A stretch of 64,000 nucleotides of DNA from NCBI GenBank assembly GCA_903921205.1, contig CAIXPF010000139.1, positions 7,733 through 71,732 of the forward strand. Direction: 5' to 3'. The notes under the pieces were generated by a model. The model was not told the origin of the DNA and searched no databases. It was given only the letters and a program-made list of their open reading frames with translations. The position numbers and the translations under genes are program-made. Positions 17,538-25,175 of the stretch are shown in pieces. This DNA comes from an uncultured Acidimicrobiia bacterium (GTDB lineage: Bacteria; Actinomycetota; Acidimicrobiia; Acidimicrobiales; CAIXPF01). Position 1 is the stretch's first letter; every line of letters starts with the position of its first letter.

Positions 17538-19136
17538 ATGACCAACCGCCAACGGTCCGACCGACCTACGCCCGTCCTCGCCGGCAGATACCGACTCGAT
17601 CGTCCGATCGCCCGCGGTGGCATGTCACAGGTCTGGCGGGGTACCGACCTGGTGCTCGGCAGACAGGTCGCCGTGAAGTTGCTCGACCATCGCAAGACCA
17701 GCGACGCCTCCCTCATCGAGCGCCTTCGTCGCGAGGCCCAGGCCGCTGCCCGCCTCCACAATCCACACATTGTCGCGATCTACGACAGCATCACCGAGAG
17801 TGACTACTCGGCACTGATTCTCGAGTACGTCCGCGGTCTCAACCTCCGTCAGCGGATGGATGACGCGCTACTCGACATCCCGACAGCCGTGGGGATCGCC
17901 TGCCAGGTCGCAGAAGCCCTTCAAGCGGCCCACGATGCCGGTGTCATCCACCGTGACATCAAGCCGGGCAACATCTTGCTCGAGCACACCGAGCCACTCG
18001 ACACCCTCGGACCGATCATCCCGCAGGTCCGAGTGACCGACTTCGGCATTGCCAAGGCGGTTCAGGGCGTCGGACATGATCTGACCGGCACGGGCATCAT
18101 GCTCGGGACAGCCAAGTACCTGGCACCGGAACAGGTCATCAGCGGTCCGGTCGATGCACGGACCGACATCTTCTCCCTCGGCGTCGTGCTCTACGAGATG
18201 ATCACCGGCACGGTCCCCTGGGATGCCGGCTCCGACCTCGCGACCGCCATGGCGCGACTCGACACCGCACCCACCCCGCCGAGCTCGTACCGCCCGGAGC
18301 TTCCACCGGCGCTCGAGACGGTCATCCTGCAGGCCATCGCCCGTGACCCCGCCGCTCGGTTCCCTCGCGCGACCGACCTGCGGGCCGCACTGCTCGCCGC
18401 CGGGACCCAACCGCTTCCAGCCGCCATCAGCCTCCCTCGAGTCGACCGCCGCTTTCCCACCGAGACGTATCGCCCGGCCCGCTCGCCCGCTCGGATCGCC
18501 CTCCCCGCCGTCATCGGCCTTGCGGCACTGAGTCTGCCCGCCGTTCTCCTGTTCGGTCGTGGTTCCAACGACGATGCGGCCACCTCCTCCACGGTATCGA
18601 TCGTCGAGGTTCCGGTACCCAGTACCGAGGCCGCACCCCGAACCGTCACGCTCACCGGTCTCACCGCTCTCGCCTATGACCATTACGGCGACCGCGAGGA
18701 GAACGACGAGATGGCCCCATTCGCCGTCGACGGCCATGCCGACCGAACCAAGTTCTGGCGGACCGAGTGCTACCAGAGCGAGTTCGCCGACATCCGCAAG
18801 CCCGGGGTCGGACTCATCATCGATGCCGGCAAGTCAGTGAACCTCACCGGCCTGACCCTGCTCACCCCACAGACCGGCTGGACGGCCCAGCTCTACGCCA
18901 GCCCCCGGCCGGCGGCCGAGTTGGCCGACGTCCCGCTCGAGCGATGGGGCCTGCCGGTGACCGATCTGACGAGCACCTCCACCTCCACACAGGTCGGCTT
19001 CGCACCTACCGAAGCACGGTCACTGCTCATCTTCTTCACCTCGCTCACCGGTGTCTCACCCGATACCTGTTTCGGTGGACGGTCCAACTCCCGCCACGTC
19101 GACATCATCGAGGCCACGGTCCTCGGCCAATCCTGA
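17538..19136 (+). CDS. transmembrane Ser/Thr protein kinase with a non-PASTA extracellular domain
   Basis: Hanks motifs RGGMSQVW (Gly loop), VAVKLL, HRDIKPGNILL, DFGIAKA and GTAKYLAPEQ. One TM (IALPAVIGLAALSLPAVLLFG), then an extracytoplasmic domain of about 190 aa. ATG at 17538 preceded by gggg. Confidence 0.9.
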   Translation: MTNRQRSDRPTPVLAGRYRLDRPIARGGMSQVWRGTDLVLGRQVAVKLLDHRKTSDASLIERLRREAQAAARLHNPHIVAIYDSITESDYSALILEYVRGLNLRQRMDDALLDIPTAVGIACQVAEALQAAHDAGVIHRDIKPGNILLEHTEPLDTLGPIIPQVRVTDFGIAKAVQGVGHDLTGTGIMLGTAKYLAPEQVISGPVDARTDIFSLGVVLYEMITGTVPWDAGSDLATAMARLDTAPTPPSSYRPELPPALETVILQAIARDPAARFPRATDLRAALLAAGTQPLPAAISLPRVDRRFPTETYRPARSPARIALPAVIGLAALSLPAVLLFGRGSNDDAATSSTVSIVEVPVPSTEAAPRTVTLTGLTALAYDHYGDREENDEMAPFAVDGHADRTKFWRTECYQSEFADIRKPGVGLIIDAGKSVNLTGLTLLTPQTGWTAQLYASPRPAAELADVPLERWGLPVTDLTSTSTSTQVGFAPTEARSLLIFFTSLTGVSPDTCFGGRSNSRHVDIIEATVLGQS

Positions 19137-19374
19137 TCAGCCGTCCGGGCGCAGCCCGAGTTGTCTGCAGATCGCCGCTGCCCCGAGCTCCGTCCTGAAC
19201 GGCGGCAACCGTGGCGCAGCATCGACGGCACCACACGAATGCGCCGCAGGACCGCCGCTCGCACCCCGTACCAGGTCGTCGGCACCGCATGTGGACACCG
19301 CCGTCCGCACCCCGCCGAGAGCGCAGTCCCGAGCCCTGCTCTCGTTCGCCGCGGTGCGCCAGACCCACCCTGTC

Positions 19375-19380
19375 TAGGAT
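19375..19380 (+). promoter_or_regulatory. candidate -10 hexamer TAGGAT, which would give a leaderless transcript
   Basis: TAGGAT ends 6 nt before ATG 19387 and no Shine-Dalgarno lies in between. Fits the actinobacterial TANNNT -10 / leaderless geometry. Confidence 0.35.
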
Positions 19381-19386
19381 TCGCCC

Positions 19387-19752
19387 ATGGATAGGCCGGA
19401 CGACCTCGACATTTCAACCGACAGTTCCCAGCCCAACGGTGCACTCGGCCCCGTCGGCGACTGGTTGGGTGGCGAATGGCCTGCTCAAGCCGCTGAACAG
19501 ATCGAATCAGTGGTCAACAGCGTGCGGCGGAAGACCACCGGCCCGGCCATCGTCGCTTCACGAGTACTCGTCTACGGCCTCGTCACACTCGTCTTTATCG
19601 GGGTTGCCGGAATGATGCTCCTCATCGCCGTGTTGCGAGGCCTCGATGCCCTCATGCCCACCTGGGCAGTCGAACTACTCGTAGGGCTGGTGTTGTGCGG
19701 CGCCGGCCTCGGATGCTGGAGTCGACGCACCGGCAAGGAGATCGTGTCATGA
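19387..19752 (+). CDS. small integral membrane protein, function unknown
   Basis: 121 aa with hydrophobic helices (VLVYGLVTLVFIGVAGMMLLIAVL, VELLVGLVLCGAGLGCW). Its stop overlaps the trxB ATG (ATGA). Confidence 0.6.
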   Translation: MDRPDDLDISTDSSQPNGALGPVGDWLGGEWPAQAAEQIESVVNSVRRKTTGPAIVASRVLVYGLVTLVFIGVAGMMLLIAVLRGLDALMPTWAVELLVGLVLCGAGLGCWSRRTGKEIVS

Positions 19753-20729
19753 CCGAAAAGCGCAACGTCGTCATCGTTGGGTCCGGACCGGCGGGACTCA
19801 CCGCTGCTGTCTACACCGCGCGGGCCAACCTCGAGCCCGTCATCCTGGAGGGCGAGCCTTCAAGCACCTCCGACCAGCCCGGCGGGCAGCTCATGCTCAC
19901 CACTGAGGTCGAGAACTTCCCCGGCTTCCCCGAGGGCGTCATGGGCCCCGACCTCATGACCCGTATGCGAAGCCAGGCCGAGCGCTTCGGTGCTGACATC
20001 CGTACGCAGAAGGCGTCACGGGTCAATCTCCAAGTCCACCCGTTCGAAATCTGGGTCGGTGATCCGAACGCCACCGAGCCCACACTCCGTGCCGACTCGG
20101 TCATCGTCGCAACCGGCGCCCAATCCCTGATGCTCGGACTTCCCAACGAATCGCGACTCCTCGGCTTCGGTGTCTCGACCTGCGCAACCTGCGACGGCTT
20201 CTTCTTCCGTGACCGCGACATCGCCGTTGTCGGCGGCGGCGACTCGGCAATGGAAGAAGCCATGTTCCTCACCAAGTTCGCCCGGACCGTCACCATCATC
20301 CATCGGCGAGACACACTCCGGGCGTCGCACATCATGGCCGAACGCGCGCAGGCCAACGAGAAGATCCGCTTCATCTGGAACAGCACGGTCACCGACGTGA
20401 TAGGTACGAACACCGTCGAACGACTCGAGCTGCAGAATCTCCAGACAGGCGCCACCTCGACCCTCGAGGTCACCGGCTTGTTCGTCGCGATCGGACATCG
20501 ACCCAACACCGACCTCTTCAAGGGACAACTCGACCTCGGTGACGATGCCTATCTCCTCACCCAGCCGGGCTCCTCCCGCACCAACATCGAAGGCGTCTTC
20601 GCTTGCGGAGATGTTCAGGACTCGACCTACCGCCAGGCCATCACCGCTGCCGGATCGGGCTGCATGGCGGCGATCGACGCTGAACGTTGGCTCGAGGCGT
20701 TCCACCACTCCAACGCAGCTCATCACTGA
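19749..20729 (+). CDS. trxB: thioredoxin-disulfide reductase
   Basis: VVIVGSGPAGLTAAVY FAD motif, redox-active CATCDG, and GGGDSAMEEA NADPH motif. Confidence 0.95.
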   Translation: MTEKRNVVIVGSGPAGLTAAVYTARANLEPVILEGEPSSTSDQPGGQLMLTTEVENFPGFPEGVMGPDLMTRMRSQAERFGADIRTQKASRVNLQVHPFEIWVGDPNATEPTLRADSVIVATGAQSLMLGLPNESRLLGFGVSTCATCDGFFFRDRDIAVVGGGDSAMEEAMFLTKFARTVTIIHRRDTLRASHIMAERAQANEKIRFIWNSTVTDVIGTNTVERLELQNLQTGATSTLEVTGLFVAIGHRPNTDLFKGQLDLGDDAYLLTQPGSSRTNIEGVFACGDVQDSTYRQAITAAGSGCMAAIDAERWLEAFHHSNAAHH

Positions 20730-20788
20730 GTCCACCCAACTACCTCGACGTTCGCGAACGCGGACAGCGGTAGCACGTACCCCACCCA

Positions 20789-20806
20789 ACGTTTCACGTG
20801 AAACGT
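20789..20806. promoter_or_regulatory. parS centromere site (perfect 18-bp palindrome)
   Basis: acGTTTCACGTGAAACgt. The 14-bp core GTTTCACGTGAAAC is identical to the actinobacterial/Bacillus-type parS consensus core. Lies 23 nt upstream of the trxA ATG and about 1.5 kb from parB. Confidence 0.85.
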
Positions 20807-20828
20807 CAGCACCCTGCAGGAGGCCCAC

Positions 20829-21155
20829 ATGGGCGAGCACATCACCACCGTCACCGAGTCCACGTTCGACGAGACCATCCAGTCCGCCACGGAACCCGTC
20901 CTGGTCGACTTCTGGGCCGAGTGGTGCGGACCGTGCAAGATGATTGCGCCGGTTCTCGACGAGATCGCGACCGAGAAGGCCGGCTCACTCAAGATCGCCA
21001 AGCTCAATGTTGACGACAGCCCCGAGATCGCCCGTCGGTTCGAGGTCATGAGCATCCCGACCCTGATCCTGTTCAAGGACGGCGCACCGGCCAAGCGAAT
21101 CGTCGGTGCGAAGGGCAAGGGCCAATTGCTCGCCGATCTCGCCGAGTATCTCTGA
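20829..21155 (+). CDS. trxA: thioredoxin
   Basis: [13 protein letters not shown] active site. 108 aa. AGGAGG lies 6 nt upstream of the ATG. Confidence 0.96.
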   Translation: MGEHITTVTESTFDETIQSATEPVLVDFWAEWCGPCKMIAPVLDEIATEKAGSLKIAKLNVDDSPEIARRFEVMSIPTLILFKDGAPAKRIVGAKGKGQLLADLAEYL

Positions 21156-21188
21156 GCCACGCACCTCACAACCTGAGATCACCCGCTG

Positions 21189-21219
21189 CCGCGCCCGCCA
21201 GGGCGCGGTAGTCTTTTTT
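21189..21219 (+). terminator. intrinsic terminator after trxA
   Basis: CCGCGCCC-gcca-GGGCGCGG is a perfect 8-bp stem. It is followed by tagtcTTTTTT. Confidence 0.8.
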
Positions 21220-21248
21220 CCCGTGTCCTGCCCCGACCCTGCCCGCTC

Positions 21249-22247
21249 ATGATCGCGCTCCCCTTCTCGGAAGGCGCTCGTGGCGAGGCCGTCGCTGACC
21301 TCCAGCGGCGACTTCTGGCCCTGAACGTCGGTAGCCCGATCGATGACCCCATGGGCGTCTTCGGGCCCGCTACCACCGTCGCCGTCCGAAGCTTCCAACA
21401 ACGCTACGGATTGGTCGTGGACGGCGTCTGCAGTGACCTGACCTGGACTGTGCTCGTCGAAGCTGGCTACTGCCTCGGCGATCGGCAGTTGTACCTCCGC
21501 TCCCCCATGATGCGCGGGGACGACATCGCCGCCCTTCAGGCCTGTCTCGGCTCGCTGGGTTTCGACGCCGGCCGCGCTGATGGAATCTTCGGTCCGCTCA
21601 CGGCAAGTGCCGTCGCCGAGTTCCAGCGGAACGCTGGCCTCATGAGCGACGGCATCTGCGGGCCGGACACCTACGCAGCCCTCGAGCGTCTCGGACCGGA
21701 ACGCACTGCGGCACTGATGGTCAACCAGGTACGGGAGCGGGAACGACTTCGAACCGCACCCCCAGGACTCGATGGACGACGGGTCATGCTCGGTCACCAG
21801 GGCGGGGCGGCACCACTGACGTCAGCGATCCAACGCCAACTCCGTGATGTCGGCGCACATGTTCTGACCTTCAGCCATCCAGACGGTCCGACTCAGGCAC
21901 GCTTGGCGAACTCGGCAGACGGAGATGTGTTCATCGAGCTCCAGGTCACACCTGGGCCGAACCATCGTCTCGCCTACTTCCGCGGCGTCCGATTCTGGTC
22001 GCAACCGGGACATGCCCTGGCCCAACATACCGGGCAAGAACTCGAGCCGATTCTCGGACTCCAACCCGAGATCCTCGGCATGCGGTTGCCTCTCCTGCGC
22101 GAGACGCGCATGCCGGCCATCGTCGTCGAACTCGGGCCGGCATCGAGAGTGGTCACCCACAACGAGCAGATCGCCACTGCGATTGCTCGAGCGCTGGTCA
22201 GTTGGGCAACCGAGCCGGTCTCCCTACCACTGGTACAGCGCCCCTGA
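21249..22247 (+). CDS. CwlM-like protein: two peptidoglycan-binding domains plus an amidase_3 domain
   Basis: Two PG_binding_1 repeats (GEAVADLQRRL...GVFGPATTVAVRSFQ and GDDIAALQACL...GIFGPLTASAVAEFQ). C-terminal amidase_3-like region (LLRETRMPAIVVELG). trxB-trxA-cwlM synteny. Confidence 0.8.
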   Translation: MIALPFSEGARGEAVADLQRRLLALNVGSPIDDPMGVFGPATTVAVRSFQQRYGLVVDGVCSDLTWTVLVEAGYCLGDRQLYLRSPMMRGDDIAALQACLGSLGFDAGRADGIFGPLTASAVAEFQRNAGLMSDGICGPDTYAALERLGPERTAALMVNQVRERERLRTAPPGLDGRRVMLGHQGGAAPLTSAIQRQLRDVGAHVLTFSHPDGPTQARLANSADGDVFIELQVTPGPNHRLAYFRGVRFWSQPGHALAQHTGQELEPILGLQPEILGMRLPLLRETRMPAIVVELGPASRVVTHNEQIATAIARALVSWATEPVSLPLVQRP

Positions 22248-22312
22248 ACGTCTGATCGAGAGTGGGTCGAAAGGCCAGGTCTTTCGCCCTCTGATCGACG
22301 GTTACGCACAAC

Positions 22313-22333
22313 TTTCCACACAACTTGTGGAAA
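22313..22333. repeat. 8-bp inverted repeat TTTCCACA-n5-TGTGGAAA between convergent cwlM-like and parB
   Basis: Read directly. Begins 6 nt past the parB stop. The arms are DnaA-box-like (minus strand TTTTCCACA). Could be a bidirectional terminator hairpin or a pair of convergent DnaA boxes. Confidence 0.4.
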
Positions 22334-22339
22334 ACCTGC

Positions 22340-23389
22340 TCAGGAACCCTCAACGATCAACCCGTAAATCCGCTCGAGGTCTCCGATGTCGGCAAACTCG
22401 ATGGTGAGTCGGCCACGACCACGGCCCATCGAGATACGGACGTTCGTCTCGAAGAGATCGGCCAGGAGCTGCTCGAGTTCGAGCAATCCCGCTGCCGGCA
22501 GAGGTTGACTACCCACCGGTCGTGGGTTCGCACCGCTGATCCCCACCTGCGGCGGCAAGATTTCCTCGGTTGAGTCGTGCTCAGGCTGTTCGCCCACGGA
22601 CGACGGATCTGATTTCGGCGTATCGAAGACCGATCGACGGGCCTCTGCCCCGACAGGAGCGGCGCTCGCGGACCCAGAATCATCGACGAGGTCGACCGAC
22701 CGGGTTGCTTCAACCAGGGTCAGTTGTCGAACCGCTTCCTCGATCTGTCGGACACTGAGATTCTCCGCGACCACACGCCGGGCCAATTGATCCTGGAGCG
22801 TGCGATCTGGGGTTCCGAGCAAGGCACGAGCATGGCCAGCCGAGATCTGACCCTCGGCCACGAGCCGTTGGGTGAACGTCGGAAGTTGCAGCAGCCGCAG
22901 CGTGTTGGCCACGGTCGATCGGCTCTTACCCACTCGAGCCGCGACCTGCTCCTGGGTAAAGCCGAACTCTTCCATCAACTGCTGGTAGGCCGCCCCTTCT
23001 TCGAGCGGATTCAGATCGGACCGATGGAGGTTCTCGACCAACGCCTGTTCCAAGGACGAGGTGTCGTTCACCGGTCGGACGATCGCCGGAATGTGGCTCA
23101 GGCCAGCCTTACGTGCGGCACGCCAGCGGCGTTCACCGGCAATCAGCTCGAACCGATCGTTCTCACCTTCGATCGGCCGCACCAACACCGGCTGCAGCAC
23201 GCCGAGTTCCCGAATGGAGTCACTCAGCGCGACCAGAGCAGCCTCGTCAAAATGTTCTCGGGGCTGATAGCGGTTCGGTTCGATGGACGACAGCGCCAAC
23301 TCGCGCAGCAGGTCCCCATCGCCGCCGCCGGAGAGATCACTCGGGATGAGTGCGCCCAGACCCCGACCGAGTCCACTACGCCGCGACAC
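22340..23389 (-). CDS. parB: chromosome partitioning protein ParB
   Basis: GLGRGLGALIP, the ParB box LQPVLVRP...ELIAGERRWRAA, and HTH region SQEQVAARVGKSRSTVANTLRLL. Start set to GTG 23387-23389, preceded by GGGAGG with 6 nt spacing. Confidence 0.93.
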   Translation of the reverse strand: MSRRSGLGRGLGALIPSDLSGGGDGDLLRELALSSIEPNRYQPREHFDEAALVALSDSIRELGVLQPVLVRPIEGENDRFELIAGERRWRAARKAGLSHIPAIVRPVNDTSSLEQALVENLHRSDLNPLEEGAAYQQLMEEFGFTQEQVAARVGKSRSTVANTLRLLQLPTFTQRLVAEGQISAGHARALLGTPDRTLQDQLARRVVAENLSVRQIEEAVRQLTLVEATRSVDLVDDSGSASAAPVGAEARRSVFDTPKSDPSSVGEQPEHDSTEEILPPQVGISGANPRPVGSQPLPAAGLLELEQLLADLFETNVRISMGRGRGRLTIEFADIGDLERIYGLIVEGS

Positions 23390-24155
23390 CGCTGACCTCC
23401 CGTGCCAGATCGCGGTAGGCAATGGCCCCACGTGACATCGGATCAAAGACGATGATCGGCTGCCCGTAGGACGGAGCCTCCGAGAGTCGCACCGTACGAG
23501 GAATCACGTTCCGGCAGACACGGTCGCCGAAGTGCGATCGGACTTCCCGGGCCACTTGCTCCGAGAGCTTCGTCCGTGCGTCGTACATGACCAACACCAA
23601 CGAACGCACCTCGAGTTGGGCATTCAGATTCTTCTTCACCAGATCGACGTTGCGAAGGAGCTGGCCAAGCCCTTCCAGCGCGTAGTACTCACACTGGATC
23701 GGCACCAGGACCTCGGTGGCTGCGGCCAGGCCGTTGACCGTCAGGAGGCCGAGCGACGGCGGACAATCGATGAGGATGTACTGATAGTCCTCGAGCAGCG
23801 GCTCGATTGCTCGCCGCAGCTTCAGTTCACGGGAGAACATCGGCACCAACTCGACCTCGGCGCCGGCGAGTTCCAAGTTCGCCGGTGCAACGAAGAGGTT
23901 CCGGACCGACGACGCTTCAATGCAGTCTTCCAACGGGGCATCCCGGAGCAGCACGTCGTACATCGACACCTCGACCGACCACGGATTGAGTCCCAAGCCA
24001 GTGGATGCGTTGCCCTGAGGATCGAGGTCGATGATGAGGGTGCGGAAGCCGAGCTCGGCAAGTGACGCGCCAAGGTTCACCGTCGTGGTGGTCTTTCCGA
24101 CTCCACCCTTCTGGTTCGCGATGGCGATCACACGCGGCAGGGTTTTCTGATCCAT
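23376..24155 (-). CDS. parA: chromosome partitioning ATPase ParA/Soj
   Basis: Deviant Walker A IANQKGGVGKTTTTVNL, DLDPQGNAS, and IDCPPSLG. Start at ATG 24153-24155 (MDQKTLPRVIAI). Confidence 0.93.
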   Translation of the reverse strand: MDQKTLPRVIAIANQKGGVGKTTTTVNLGASLAELGFRTLIIDLDPQGNASTGLGLNPWSVEVSMYDVLLRDAPLEDCIEASSVRNLFVAPANLELAGAEVELVPMFSRELKLRRAIEPLLEDYQYILIDCPPSLGLLTVNGLAAATEVLVPIQCEYYALEGLGQLLRNVDLVKKNLNAQLEVRSLVLVMYDARTKLSEQVAREVRSHFGDRVCRNVIPRTVRLSEAPSYGQPIIVFDPMSRGAIAYRDLAREVSGVAA

Positions 24156-24328
24156 TCCGTGGGCTCCAGCCTCTCGCCAGGACGGCCGCTCACCGAACAC
24201 CACACTGGTGGGCGGGACGCGACGGGTCTCGATCGGCTCTTGAGCTTAGTCCCACAACCACAAGCGGTCAGGCTGCCAGACGTGCTGCGACGGCATCCAA
24301 CGGCGCGAATCGTGCGACGTTGCCGAAC

Positions 24329-24775
24329 TCAGGGCTCGACAGATGACTCACGGTCGGTGCCGAGGCCGCGCGCCGTCATGCCATAGGTTCGACACATTGA
24401 CTCGAATCGTTCCCGGGTATAGCCGTCCATGAGCTCGATGGAGTCGAGGAGAGCCGGCGCCAGGCCGTCGCGAAGGACCTTGCCCCGAGCCATCCACTGC
24501 AGATAGTGGCGTCCGCCGTGGTGATACGGCCCGTAGAGCTTCGAGCCTGGGACAAGAGCCACCAGGCGCTCGAAGAGGTCCCGATGCCGAGTGTGCATCC
24601 GCAAGGTGATTTGGGGCTGTTTGCCATCACCACCGAAGGACCCTTCGCCGACCAGAAGGCCGACGAGGAAGCCGAGGTCACGCTGATCGAGGATGAGTGC
24701 GTCCACGTGAGGGCTCCAAATGCCGCTGTCCACCAGGTCGTGACGTGGATGCCAACTTGGCCAGCTCGGTTTCAT
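24329..24775 (-). CDS. free-standing single-motif LAGLIDADG homing-endonuclease-like protein
   Basis: 148 aa. FLVGLLVGEGSFGG matches the LAGLIDADG dodecapeptide context. Followed by the usual I-L-R/F-E-R-L/Y-L-Q-W pattern. More A/T at third codon positions than neighbouring genes. Inserted between rsmG and parA. Confidence 0.7.
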   Translation of the reverse strand: MKPSWPSWHPRHDLVDSGIWSPHVDALILDQRDLGFLVGLLVGEGSFGGDGKQPQITLRMHTRHRDLFERLVALVPGSKLYGPYHHGGRHYLQWMARGKVLRDGLAPALLDSIELMDGYTRERFESMCRTYGMTARGLGTDRESSVEP

Positions 24776-24795
24776 CGGGTCGGTCAGATGCCAGT

Positions 24796-24824
24796 TGTTT
24801 CACCGTCATGTTTGTTGTGAAACA
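24796..24824. promoter_or_regulatory. split parS: perfect half-sites TGTTTCAC and GTGAAACA separated by 13 bp
   Basis: Read directly as TGTTTCAC-cgtcatgtttgtt-GTGAAACA. Lies 21-49 nt upstream of the LAGLIDADG ORF start. The contiguous 14-mer gtttgttgtgaaac (24810-24823) matches the parS core at 11/14. Confidence 0.45.
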
Positions 24825-25175
24825 TAGCCGTGCTCGACGGGCTCGAAGAAACCCCGTCGAGGGCAAGCGGAACGCCTGACGCCATACCGCTTCAGGCCTC
24901 AGGCCACAGGTTCGGATGAAACCAAGGCGGCCCGATCCTCGGCGCACTCATGGGGCGCGGCGCTGCCGGAACCAGGTGTGAACACCATCCCGTTGCTTCT
25001 GCGCAACGACCTCACGTGGTGGGGGACCGCATGATCCAGACCGGCGACGTATGGCCTGCCGCCGTGGACGGAGAGCCGAACAGGCGTGAAGGGTTGGTGC
25101 CAACCACCCCCGGCGTCGATGGCCCACTCGATACTCCGACTGGGGCGCAGTTCGCTGCGCGACGTCGAGAAGTGC

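Noticed and set aside
20754-20793. ECF/SigH-SigR-type promoter (GGAAC/T ... GTT) upstream of trxA
   Set aside because: The candidate -35-like gcgaac and ggaca elements are 24-30 nt from the cgtt element. That is too far for the 16-19 nt spacing of this promoter class.
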